A DNA stretch of 64,000 bases, from positions 1,834-65,833 of the forward strand of contig DATKFG010000077.1 in the NCBI GenBank assembly GCA_035511515.1. Reading direction: 5' to 3'. Origin of the DNA: Burkholderiaceae bacterium. GTDB taxonomy: Bacteria; Pseudomonadota; Gammaproteobacteria; Burkholderiales; Burkholderiaceae_F. A program made the translations under genes and the position numbers. Below are positions 1 through 8,582 of this stretch, piece by piece. The notes under the pieces are model-generated. The model saw only the letters and a list, made by a program, of their open reading frames with translations. It was not told the DNA's origin and did no database searches. Each line of letters begins with the position of its first letter. Position 1 is the first letter of the stretch.

Positions 1-3
1 GCC

Positions 4-807
4 ATGGAAGCGATGGAACGGGAAACAGGACGGGAATTCAAGACCGTTCGCAATGCGCTGGTCGGAGAATGGCAAACCGCCTATTCCGACGAAGCCCGCG
101 CCTGCATCGGAAAGACGACTGAGGCGATCCTGGCGCAACTTGCCTATCCCGGCCACGGCCCGCAAGCCGGCTCGGATCGGGTGTTCGAGGATTATCGCGG
201 CATCCTGGCGCGCACCCTGCCGGAACGCCTCGTCGCGGCCGCCGCCGACTTCCTGCTCAGAACCGAGGCCGGTGCGGCGCCTGCCCCGGCGCAGATCGCG
301 GCCTTCGTCACGGAGGCGGATCTGTCGGGCTGGCCGCTGTTGCAGCTGGCGGCGGTGGCCGAGGCGATCTACTACGTGCAGCGCACCTTCTCCGACACCT
401 CCGTGCCCCAGGCCAGAGCCGCGCTGAATGCCTTCGTCAACCTCAACCTGCTCTTTCTCGACGAGCACGCGGTCCAGGTCGCCGCCTGCCTGGGCCTGCA
501 GCGCCTGCAGGATGAACTGGGCGTTGAGCTGTTGTCCCGAATGGCGCCCCCGGACGCCCCGGAGCAGGAGCGGGCGCAAAGCGACATCGAGCTGATCGAG
601 GAAGGGATCTTCGGTTTGAACATCGTTCGCTACTCGGATCGCTTCTACGCGATCCCGCAGAGCGAAGGCGAGTTCTCAGCCGATCGCTTTGCCGCCGGTC
701 GATACAGCCGGACTGCGTCCGGCCGGTCCGTCGCGGAGATCAAGATGCGGCTGCTTCGGGTTCAGGCAGATCCCGAGGTTCGAGGCGACCCGGCTCGCGG
801 CTCGTAA
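4..807 (+). CDS. hypothetical protein (function unknown; may be 5'-truncated by the window edge)
   Basis: 267-aa ORF. The frame is open back to nt 1. GC3-rich codon usage like the neighbours and a balanced composition. No family recognised. The 3' end overlaps the convergent gene 762..1511 by 46 nt. Confidence 0.5.
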   Translation: MEAMERETGREFKTVRNALVGEWQTAYSDEARACIGKTTEAILAQLAYPGHGPQAGSDRVFEDYRGILARTLPERLVAAAADFLLRTEAGAAPAPAQIAAFVTEADLSGWPLLQLAAVAEAIYYVQRTFSDTSVPQARAALNAFVNLNLLFLDEHAVQVAACLGLQRLQDELGVELLSRMAPPDAPEQERAQSDIELIEEGIFGLNIVRYSDRFYAIPQSEGEFSADRFAAGRYSRTASGRSVAEIKMRLLRVQADPEVRGDPARGS

Positions 808-1511
808 GCCGCCAGATCCTCGGCGCTGTCGACTTCGCCCCACTGACCTCGATAGGGAACACCCGTCACCGGCACCCGCCCCGCCTCGATCACCATCTGC
901 AGCGTGGCGGTCATGTGCATGCGGTCGCGCTGCTCGGCCGTCAGGCCGCTTCGGATCCGTTTCACCTCGTCCCAGCCTTCGGCCGTGAAGCGCAGCAGCC
1001 CCATGTACTGCCCCTGGACGGCATCGATCGACTCCGGTCGATTGCCGATCTCGGCCAGGGTGCCGTCGGCGTTGATGCGAAAAGTCTCGGCGTCGGCGAG
1101 CGGATCGGCGAAGCGCCGCTCCCACAGCAGCCGCCAGTTTGGATCGTAGGTTACGGCGATGGGCGCAGTACTTCGCATCAGCGAGGTCACGGCGCCTGCG
1201 TCGAAGAAGATGTCTGAATAGCTGACGATGCAGGGCCCGCCGCGCAGCCAGGCTTCGGCGCAGCACAGGGACGCAACCATGTTGGTCGCCTCCCAGCGCG
1301 CATTGTGGAACTCCACCAGACCGCGCGTCACCAGCAGCTCCCGGCGGTAGCCCGTGACGACCGCCACATCGCGGATGGCCGCTGCGCGCAGCGCAGCCAG
1401 CTGCCAGTCGAGCAGCGGCTTGCCCCACAGTTCGACCAGGCATTTCGGGCGGTCCTCGGTCAGGCTTTTCATCCGGCGGCCGCGACCGGCCGCAAGAACG
1501 ATTGCTTTCAT
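762..1511 (-). CDS. nucleotidyltransferase (NTP-transferase fold); candidate CTP:phosphoglutamine cytidylyltransferase (Cj1416-like)
   Basis: 249 aa. N-terminal MKAIVLAAGRGRRM nucleotide-binding signature. Last gene of the minus-strand cassette 5801->762. Confidence 0.85.
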   Translation of the reverse strand: MKAIVLAAGRGRRMKSLTEDRPKCLVELWGKPLLDWQLAALRAAAIRDVAVVTGYRRELLVTRGLVEFHNARWEATNMVASLCCAEAWLRGGPCIVSYSDIFFDAGAVTSLMRSTAPIAVTYDPNWRLLWERRFADPLADAETFRINADGTLAEIGNRPESIDAVQGQYMGLLRFTAEGWDEVKRIRSGLTAEQRDRMHMTATLQMVIEAGRVPVTGVPYRGQWGEVDSAEDLAAYEPRAGSPRTSGSA

Positions 1512-1568
1512 GAAGAGGCGGCGCTAACCCGCCGCAGCCGGCACCAGAGCGCCGGGAGCGCGGTGGAT

Positions 1569-2174
1569 TCAGGTTGCATGCAGAAGCCCTCTGGCGCGCT
1601 CGATGTCGGCCCGCTCCAGCGTCGGCTCGCGCTCCGGGTGCCACATCCAACCCTCCCAGCGCAGCGACCGGTGCCGTATGGCCTCGATTTCGCCGTCCGC
1701 GCTGCGCGCCAGCACCTCGAATCCGTCCGGGCACGCCGCCAGCGCAAGGTCGTGGTAGCTGTTGACGTCGCGGGCGATCGCACCGGACACGGCATGGCGG
1801 GCCCGCACGTGGCCGGCTACCGATCGCAGTTCAGCGCCGGCGCGCACGCCAATCATCTGCATGCCACGGCAGATTCCCAGCACGGGCAGGTTTTGCCGTT
1901 CGGCGGCGTCGAGCAGGCCGCGCTCGGTCAGGTCGCGCGCCGGGCACTGGCCGATATCGTTGCCGCCGGAGAGCACGACCGCTGTCGGCCTGACCGCGGC
2001 GATCCAGCGCGCGAACGGGTCCGCGCCTGGCGCCGCCACCCAGCGATTCGGTACCGGAACCGGCAGACAGCCGGCCGCCAGCAGAAAGTCATGAAGCCGC
2101 TGGTCCAGCGCGTCCCGCCATTCACCCCGTTCCGGCCAGGCGTCGACGCGCTGGCTGACCGCGACCAGCTTCAC
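1569..2174 (-). CDS. class-I glutamine-amidotransferase-like / peptidase C26 hydrolase; candidate gamma-glutamyl-CDP-amidate hydrolase (Cj1417-like)
   Basis: The track ORF runs 1569..2429, but its first 85 aa are Arg/Gly-rich and overlap the upstream gene. GTG at 2174 (VKLVAVSQRV) forms a GTGA overlap with the upstream stop. Motifs LGICRGMQ (Cys nucleophile) and WHPE. Confidence 0.8.
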   Translation of the reverse strand: MKLVAVSQRVDAWPERGEWRDALDQRLHDFLLAAGCLPVPVPNRWVAAPGADPFARWIAAVRPTAVVLSGGNDIGQCPARDLTERGLLDAAERQNLPVLGICRGMQMIGVRAGAELRSVAGHVRARHAVSGAIARDVNSYHDLALAACPDGFEVLARSADGEIEAIRHRSLRWEGWMWHPEREPTLERADIERARGLLHAT

Positions 2175-4498
2175 GCGAGCACTTCGACGCGGCGGCCGGC
2201 GCAGTCCAAGTGCAGCCGCTGAGCCTCGGACCATCGACGATAGAGAACCTCGCCCGCTCCGATGACCGCCGGCAGACCGATTTCGCCGGCGCGGATTGCC
2301 ATGTGCGAGTTGGCGCCGCCCCACGCCGTAATGAGTCCGGCAATCGGGTGCGCGAACAGCCAGTCGAACCCCGGGTCGGCATTCGGGATGCAAACGATCG
2401 CCCCGGCCAGGTGCTCGCGGAAATCGCACCCGACCACGCGAGCCGCGACCTCACGCTGCGTGATGTAGTTGGGCGCCGTCTCCGGCCATTCAAAAGCCCA
2501 GACGTCGTCCGGGCGCGAGATCAACGGGGGCAGCGAAATCTTCAGGGTTTCGGCGTGGCGCGCCTTGCCCTGCTCGATGCTGCGACGCAGGACATCCTTC
2601 GAGTCCGCCCCGGCGACGTGCAGCTCCTTGAAGGCGGACACATCGCAGAACGCAATGTCCTCGCGTGCGATCCCCCAGCGCTCGCCCACTTCGGCCATCA
2701 GCACCAGGGCGTCGGACAGATTGCGGGTGAAATGGAATTTGGCCAATTCGCGCAACTCGATCCCGGCCTGCAGGAAATCGAACAGTCCGACCGGATCGGG
2801 CTGCAGGCCGTGCATTTCGAGCAGTTTGACCACTTCGCGCATCTGCGGCAGCGTCAGCGAAAACGGTTTGACGGGTACGGGTGCTTGCGGGCGCCGTTCC
2901 CAGTCGAAATACAGTTCCGGCGTCTCGTCGTAGCGCGGGGAAAGAATGTCGTAGGTGCCCGGGCGCAGGTGCCCGTAGCGGGCCAGAAACGCCCCCTTGT
3001 CGAGCGTCGCGCGGTCACGCGCCAGCTGGCCGCTCACGGTGGAAACCCCCCCGATGAAGGCGTCGAAGTCCGAATGCGAGAACACCCCGACCGCCACCAG
3101 CGACTTGAGCATCTGCACCGCCACGAATCCGGCGCGCGCCAGCCCGGCGAACGGCAAGGTGCCATAGCGCTTGGCGTCCTCCAGCAGCCAGTAGATCCGC
3201 TCCAGGGCGTCGGCGGACGATCCCAGCAGCTGCTCGCGCCGGCGGTTGAGCACTTCGAGTTTGGCCTGGTCAGCCCGCCACAGACCTTCCTTCGGATGCA
3301 CGATGCGATTGGTCAGGGTGCGCAGGCTGTTCGCGATCGTCTCGCGTTCCTGCCGCGTGAAACCGGCCTGGCCCAGCCGCTCAAGGCGTTCAGGCAGATC
3401 CAGCGTGTAGCACGAGAAGACGATCTCGAACTCGACCTTGTCGTGCAGGGTCGGCTCCGCCAGCAGCCGGTCGATGTAATGGTCCACGAGCCGTCCGGCA
3501 AGGCTTTCGTCCAGGTCGGCCGGAATGAAGGAATTGAACGACAGGCGAACGTCGACGTAGGGCAGGCCGAAGAAGTGCGGCATCAGTGGGAAGCTGCGCA
3601 GATTGCGATAGCCGTAGTTGTGGCGCTGATAGGCCCATATCGAGTCCGTAATCAGGTCGCGATACAACGACAGGGCGAGCGGGCGCGGCCGGATACCGAC
3701 GATCTCCGCCGGATTCCAGTCGGGCATCACGCCATACACCGTGCGCCGACCCATCAGGAAGGGATGGGGCTGCATGCCGCGCGCCACCTTGTCGTGGATG
3801 CGTCGCAGACGCTCCGCCTGGACGGCCGCCGGTTCAGGGTCCTGCGGCAGAAACAGCGCACGCGCCTGCAGGAGCCACAGCGTCTCGCCGTGCGCCTCGC
3901 GGGTGACCGCGAATTCGCAATCGACCGGAAGGTGGCCGAACAGCGAGAGCAGCTCCTCCAGCAGGGCGACAATCGGCGCGAAGAGCGGCTCGGGCGCGAC
4001 CGGCGCGTTGGCGGCTTGTTGCCAGACGCGGCCACCGGCCCCGCCGGTTACCGCGCTCGTGTCGCTGCCTTCGGTCCAGTTCACGACTCGGTAAGGCGCG
4101 CTCGTGCTCGGGTCGTGCGAAAAAGCGACGCCGGAACGGCATACCCCTTGCAGCATCGGCTGCACGAGGACTTCGTCGGAAGGATCGGCCTCGCCGTAGG
4201 AAGCGATGACCCTCTCGATCGCCGATTGCAGGTTCTCGCCGGTCACACCCGGCACCGACAGATACGCGCCCGCTTTCGACTGGCCGGCGCCGTCCTCGCG
4301 CAGGCAGCTGGAGCGGACGATCCAGGGCCCCTGTCCGACCTCGATCCAGACGCGCTTGTGGCAGCCTGGCCGGTCGAGCCGCCACTGCTCGACGGTGAAG
4401 TGAACCAGCGGCGCGATGCGGGCGCTCTGGATCCGGCCCGCAAGCGATTCGAGCGTGCGCGCCTTGGTCAGAAACGGCAGAGCCGCGCTGCGTTCCAT
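2171..4498 (-). CDS. PPDK/PEP-synthase-like three-domain phosphotransferase; candidate L-glutamine kinase (Cj1418-like)
   Basis: ATG at 4498 (MERSAALPFLTKART) lies inside the 913-aa track ORF. N-terminal PPDK_N-like region (SSCLREDGAGQSKAGAYLS). C-terminal PEP-utilizer swivel domain with phospho-His motif GGANSHMAIRAGEIGLPAV. 775 aa. Confidence 0.85.
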   Translation of the reverse strand: MERSAALPFLTKARTLESLAGRIQSARIAPLVHFTVEQWRLDRPGCHKRVWIEVGQGPWIVRSSCLREDGAGQSKAGAYLSVPGVTGENLQSAIERVIASYGEADPSDEVLVQPMLQGVCRSGVAFSHDPSTSAPYRVVNWTEGSDTSAVTGGAGGRVWQQAANAPVAPEPLFAPIVALLEELLSLFGHLPVDCEFAVTREAHGETLWLLQARALFLPQDPEPAAVQAERLRRIHDKVARGMQPHPFLMGRRTVYGVMPDWNPAEIVGIRPRPLALSLYRDLITDSIWAYQRHNYGYRNLRSFPLMPHFFGLPYVDVRLSFNSFIPADLDESLAGRLVDHYIDRLLAEPTLHDKVEFEIVFSCYTLDLPERLERLGQAGFTRQERETIANSLRTLTNRIVHPKEGLWRADQAKLEVLNRRREQLLGSSADALERIYWLLEDAKRYGTLPFAGLARAGFVAVQMLKSLVAVGVFSHSDFDAFIGGVSTVSGQLARDRATLDKGAFLARYGHLRPGTYDILSPRYDETPELYFDWERRPQAPVPVKPFSLTLPQMREVVKLLEMHGLQPDPVGLFDFLQAGIELRELAKFHFTRNLSDALVLMAEVGERWGIAREDIAFCDVSAFKELHVAGADSKDVLRRSIEQGKARHAETLKISLPPLISRPDDVWAFEWPETAPNYITQREVAARVVGCDFREHLAGAIVCIPNADPGFDWLFAHPIAGLITAWGGANSHMAIRAGEIGLPAVIGAGEVLYRRWSEAQRLHLDCAGRRVEVLA

Positions 4499-5247
4499 CA
4501 GCGCAGCTGAGCGACCCAGACGTTGGTGGAATAAGGAATCGATATCGTCGCCTTGTACAGGCCCAGCAGATACTCCTCGATCGCCGAGACCACCGCCGCG
4601 AAGGAGGCGCCCGCCTGCCGCTCCAGCGTCGCATGCGACCGCCAGGCTTGCACGCACTGTGCGATGGTCTGCTCGTGAACGACGCGCGAATCGATATGGA
4701 CGACCGGCCCGAACAGCCCACTGTCGTCGATCACGGACGTCTGGTCCTGCCGGCGTGTTCCGTACCCGTACGCCGGCATGCGCTGCCGGATGATGGACTC
4801 TATTTGCTCCTGGATCGGATCGTCCAAGTGCCGGTTGTTCCACATACAGGCGAACCAGCCGCGCGGTTTGAGGATGCGCGCCGTTTCCCTGAGCGCCGCC
4901 GGCCGATCGCACACGTTGAAGGAGCTTCCGAACGTGACCATCTTGTAAGCGCGCGGGGCCTGCCCCGTCTTCTCTCCGGTGCCCTCATGCCAGCGCACGT
5001 TCGCCAGAGCGGCGGTCCTTCCGATGCCGTTGGCACGCATGGCTTCGTTGGGCTCGACCGCGGTCACATCCAGCCCCCGCTGAGCCAGCATCCGTGTCAG
5101 GTGAGCCACTCCGGCTCCCACGTCGCAGACCTTGTCGCCCTTCATGGCCGCCGCGATCGAGAGCATCGCATCGATGGCTGCGTCCGAGTAGTCCGGACGC
5201 ATCAGGTAGGCGTCGGCGAGCGCGGTGTAGTCCCAGTCGGTTTTCAT
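4498..5247 (-). CDS. class I SAM-dependent methyltransferase
   Basis: Start at MKTDWDYTALADAYL (ATG 5247, ATGA overlap with the upstream stop). SAM motif I VCDVGAGVAHLT. 249 aa. Confidence 0.85.
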   Translation of the reverse strand: MKTDWDYTALADAYLMRPDYSDAAIDAMLSIAAAMKGDKVCDVGAGVAHLTRMLAQRGLDVTAVEPNEAMRANGIGRTAALANVRWHEGTGEKTGQAPRAYKMVTFGSSFNVCDRPAALRETARILKPRGWFACMWNNRHLDDPIQEQIESIIRQRMPAYGYGTRRQDQTSVIDDSGLFGPVVHIDSRVVHEQTIAQCVQAWRSHATLERQAGASFAAVVSAIEEYLLGLYKATISIPYSTNVWVAQLR

Positions 5248-5801
5248 GCGTCCTGCATCCCGAAGAGTTGATCCATCAGTTCGTCCGCCATGGCCGCAAC
5301 GTCGCGGCCCGGCGCAAACGCCAAGGTGCAGTCCGGTTCGTCCGGCTCGTCGATCGGAATATCCAGGCCCGCCACGTCCCGCAGCTCGCCCGCGTCGAAG
5401 CGGCGGTAGATCCCCTTGGCGTCGCGCCGGCGCAGTTCCTCGACAGGCACCTTCAGGTAGACCTCGAAGTAGCCGGGCAGGTGCGCCCGGTTCCAGGCAT
5501 GCACCTCCCGGAACAGGGAAATGGTGGCGATGACGACCGTGTGGTCCTGGGCCGCGATCGTCCGGCACAGGCGCGCATACTGCATCGCGAGCATCAGACG
5601 GCTGCCGCGATCGTGATTCCCGGCCGCCGCAACGTCGGCACCGACGACAGCCCGCAATTCGTCACCGTCGAGGAAGACCACCTGCTCCCCCCGGGCGCGA
5701 AGCCGTCCGACCACTGCGCGCGCCAGCGTGGTCTTGCCGGCACCCGACAGACCCGTGATCCAAATGACCCGTGAGCCGCGCTGCGCGCGCGAATCCGGCA
5801 T
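5244..5801 (-). CDS. adenylylsulfate-kinase-fold kinase; candidate cytidine diphosphoramidate kinase (Cj1415-like)
   Basis: ATG at 5801 (MPDSRAQRGSRVIWITGLSGAGKTTLA) is preceded by AGGAG. P-loop GLSGAGKTT and the overall APS-kinase pattern. Confidence 0.85.
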   Translation of the reverse strand: MPDSRAQRGSRVIWITGLSGAGKTTLARAVVGRLRARGEQVVFLDGDELRAVVGADVAAAGNHDRGSRLMLAMQYARLCRTIAAQDHTVVIATISLFREVHAWNRAHLPGYFEVYLKVPVEELRRRDAKGIYRRFDAGELRDVAGLDIPIDEPDEPDCTLAFAPGRDVAAMADELMDQLFGMQDA

Positions 5802-6014
5802 GAAGGCGCTCCTGTCCGCTCGTGACTGTCCGGTCCGGGCAAGGCTCGAGGCCGCCGGACCCATACCCGGCTGCCGATATCAGGGATCATCTGTCAACGA
5901 GCGGGCCCGGAGGATCTGAAAAGACCGCTCAAGCTTGGCCATTTCATGCCGATAGCGCGCATTGCGCGCGCCGTGCCCCGCCAACGATTCCAGTGGTCCC
6001 GGCGGCGCGCCGGT

Positions 6015-7484
6015 TCAGTGGCCGGTGGACGGCGCGCGCAATGCCCGTTGAAGACGCTCGGTGACGAGCGAGACCGCAGCGGCCCATCCTGCTCCCGGCG
6101 GCCGCCGCGCGAGCTGGGCCGTTTCATACCAGGGAGCGGCTGCCGATTGGGTCTGCCATTTCCAGTCGGGCGCTGCCGGCAGCAGCAACTGCAGCGGCGT
6201 GCCGATGGCTCCGGCCAGGTGCGCGCCGGCCGTGTCCACGCTGACCACCGCGTCGAGCAAACCGACCACGGCGGCGGTGTCCTCGAAGCTTTCGATCGGA
6301 CGTGGCAGCTCGCGCAGCCCCGGCAGCTCGCTGCGCGCCGCCTCCGCGGCCCGCCCCAGGTTCAGGTTGTAGACCTCCAATCCGCTTGCCTGAACGAGCG
6401 CAAGCAGGTCGGCGGCGGCGCATGAACGCCGGGTGAAGGGATTTTCCTCGGTCGAGTGAGCCACGGAGGTCGCGTGAACGATACCGATCCGGGGAGCCGA
6501 ACCGGGGCTGCAGGCCAGGGCCGAGGACCACTGCGCGCGCCTGAACGGGTCGCACGACAGATAGGCCGGGCGGGCTGCGGTCGCATCGGGCAGCTGCAGC
6601 ACCAGCGGAAGGCTCATCAGGGGCAGGTGCGCGTCGTGCTGCGGCCAATGGCGCGGGTCCTCGGAAACGCATTCGATCCTCAGGCTGCGGCCGATCAGTG
6701 CGGCCAGCGAGTCTGCGCAGGCCAGGGTCAGCCGCTCGCATTGAGCCGCGGCCTCGCGCAGGAATCGTGCAAAAAGGATCGTGTCGCCGAGCCCCTGCTC
6801 GGCCAGCACGAGCAGATGCCGGACCGGCCGGCCGTCCCAGCGCGGCGTGCTCGGGCAGCGCAGATGGACCACGCCAGCAGCAAAGCGCTGCTCGTAGTCC
6901 AGCCAGCCCTCGGCCAGGCGGCCCAGTCGAAGCAGGCACAGCGAGCGGTTGTAACGGTGCACCGGGTTGCCGGGCCGCAGGCGCAGCAGCTCGTCGAAGT
7001 GCGACAGCGCACGCTCGTGCTGGCATTGGAAGCCCGCCAGGCGGGCGGCCGCCAGGTGGGCCACCTCGGAGGCGGAGTTGGCCGCCAGCAGGTCTGCGCA
7101 AAGCGCCCCGGCTTCCTCCTGTCCGCCCTGGGCGACCAGGGCGTCGATCAGGCCCGACGTGGCCGCCTCGCTCGCCGGGATCCGCTGCAGAATCTGCCGG
7201 AAATTGGCCTCGGCCGCCGCCGGCTGCTGCAGCCTCAGGCACAAGCGTCCCATCAGGAGGCGCGACAGCAGATCGGTCGGGTCGAGGCGCAGCGCGCCGT
7301 CGATGGCCTCCAGTGCCTCGGACAGACGCCGTAGCTGGAACAGCGCGTAGCCGAGACCGCGCAGCGCGTCGACCGACCCGGGCGCCAGCTCGAGCGCTTG
7401 CGCATAGGCGAGCCGCGCCTCGTCGAAGCGGTACGCCTCGATCGCCCGCTGGCCGCGCGTCAGACAATCAGTCGCCTGGTACAT
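6015..7484 (-). CDS. TPR-repeat protein fused to a GT-B glycosyltransferase domain (GT9/heptosyltransferase-like); candidate flagellin glycosyltransferase
   Basis: 489 aa. N-terminal TPR repeats (AYAQALELAPGSVDALRGLGYAL...). C-terminal domain with the EQGLGDTILFARF motif. The start overlaps the preceding flagellar gene by 17 nt. Confidence 0.8.
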   Translation of the reverse strand: MYQATDCLTRGQRAIEAYRFDEARLAYAQALELAPGSVDALRGLGYALFQLRRLSEALEAIDGALRLDPTDLLSRLLMGRLCLRLQQPAAAEANFRQILQRIPASEAATSGLIDALVAQGGQEEAGALCADLLAANSASEVAHLAAARLAGFQCQHERALSHFDELLRLRPGNPVHRYNRSLCLLRLGRLAEGWLDYEQRFAAGVVHLRCPSTPRWDGRPVRHLLVLAEQGLGDTILFARFLREAAAQCERLTLACADSLAALIGRSLRIECVSEDPRHWPQHDAHLPLMSLPLVLQLPDATAARPAYLSCDPFRRAQWSSALACSPGSAPRIGIVHATSVAHSTEENPFTRRSCAAADLLALVQASGLEVYNLNLGRAAEAARSELPGLRELPRPIESFEDTAAVVGLLDAVVSVDTAGAHLAGAIGTPLQLLLPAAPDWKWQTQSAAAPWYETAQLARRPPGAGWAAAVSLVTERLQRALRAPSTGH

Positions 7485-7806
7485 GCGGGATATCCGGGTG
7501 CGGGCCGGCCGGCACGGCGCTGCGATCGGCTTCGAGCCGGTAGGCCCAGGCCAGCACCTCCGCGATCGCCACGTACAGGGCGGCGGGAATGTGCTGGTCC
7601 AATTCGAATTGCATCAGCGCGGCCACCAGCTCGTGCGATGCGTGGATCGGTACGCCGCTTTCGCGGGCGCTGCGCAGGATCTGCTCGGCCAGCGCGCCCT
7701 CGCCCTTGGCGACGATGCGCGGCGCCCGGTCGGTTTCCGCCTGGTAGCGCAGCGCAGCCGCCTGCGCGGGCGGCTTGGTCGGGCTGCGCCCGCCGTCGGC
7801 CATCAT
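7468..7806 (-). CDS. stand-alone FlhB/YscU C-terminal (post-cleavage) domain protein
   Basis: 112 aa from MMADGG inside the 436-aa track ORF. AAALRYQAETDRAPRIVAKGEGALAEQILRSARESGVPI...LYVAIAEVLAWAY aligns to the FlhB cytoplasmic domain after the NPTH site. No TM segments. ATGA overlap with the upstream gene. Confidence 0.8.
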   Translation of the reverse strand: MMADGGRSPTKPPAQAAALRYQAETDRAPRIVAKGEGALAEQILRSARESGVPIHASHELVAALMQFELDQHIPAALYVAIAEVLAWAYRLEADRSAVPAGPHPDIPHVPGD

Positions 7807-8561
7807 GGTCCTCGCGCCGGCTCCATGCCGACGTGGGCTGATACCAGGCCCTGGGCCGACAGCGCGCGCTGCAGCTCGGCCAGCCGCGGCCGCACCGCCC
7901 CCGGGTCGGCGCAACCGACCACGACCGCCACGGTGCTGCCGCACACGCGGATATCGGCGTCGAACCGGCCCAGGTGCGGCAGCTCCAGGTGCAGCCTCGC
8001 GCAGCGCACCGCCGGTTCCGGCGTGTCGCCACCGGATGCCGTGCGGGAGGCGTCCGGGCCCACTTCGAGGCAGGCCGTCGGGTTCAGCCAGGGCAGCGCG
8101 ATCGATTCGGCCGGTGCCCGATCGCGCGCCGAGGCCGAGGGCGACTGCCACAGCACGCCGGGCGCGGGCGGCGGCCGCGAGGGCGCCGAGCCCTCCGGCG
8201 TCGAGGCGGATCGTTCGTCGCCGGCCACGGGCGCGGGGCGGTTCGACACCGGCTCCGTTGGCCGCCGTCCGACCAGCGCCGCCAGCACCGCGTTGCGGGC
8301 CGCCTGCGTCAGCACATAGTGGCCCGATCCGGTGGCAATTTCGGCCACCTGGCGATCGGGCGACACGATCAGATCGACCGAGTGACCCGCTGTCGCGGCC
8401 CGCTGCAGGTCCGACAGCAACGCGCGCGACACCGGCATCCCGCGCAGCAGCTCCAGCAGGCGCGCCGGATCGACAGGCAGGCGAAGGCCGGCCTCGGGCG
8501 CCGCGGAATTCCACGCGTCGGTCCACGCCACCGCCCCCAACCCGAGCACTGCGGAGTCCAT
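7803..8561 (-). CDS. FliK C-terminal (Flg_hook/T3S4)-like domain protein
   Basis: 252 aa. Pro/Ser-rich middle region. The C-terminal LHLELPHLGRFDADIRVCGSTVAVVVGCADPGAVRPRLAELQRALSAQGL resembles the FliK switch domain. Sits between fliT and the FlhB-C-like gene. Confidence 0.6.
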   Translation of the reverse strand: MDSAVLGLGAVAWTDAWNSAAPEAGLRLPVDPARLLELLRGMPVSRALLSDLQRAATAGHSVDLIVSPDRQVAEIATGSGHYVLTQAARNAVLAALVGRRPTEPVSNRPAPVAGDERSASTPEGSAPSRPPPAPGVLWQSPSASARDRAPAESIALPWLNPTACLEVGPDASRTASGGDTPEPAVRCARLHLELPHLGRFDADIRVCGSTVAVVVGCADPGAVRPRLAELQRALSAQGLVSAHVGMEPARGP

Positions 8562-8582
8562 GGTCGGTCCCTGTGTCGTGCG

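Noticed and set aside
2210-4510. A 766-aa plus-strand ORF antisense to the PPDK-like gene, and similar long ORFs across 1-8.8k (for example 676..1734, 6124..7467, 7775..8845).
   Set aside because: Their composition is extremely Arg/Ala/Gly/Pro-rich and no domains are recognisable. Each is mirrored by a convincing gene on the other strand or in another frame. This is the classic high-GC shadow-ORF artefact.
5929-5955. A plus-strand sigma28-like match, TCAAGCTT-N11-GCCGATAG, in the spacer between the APS-kinase-like gene and the TPR-GT.
   Set aside because: It points into the 3' end of the minus-strand TPR-GT gene with no plus-strand gene downstream. Its -35 differs from the local TAAAGTC type. 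It is probably a chance match. An antisense transcript cannot be excluded without RNA data.
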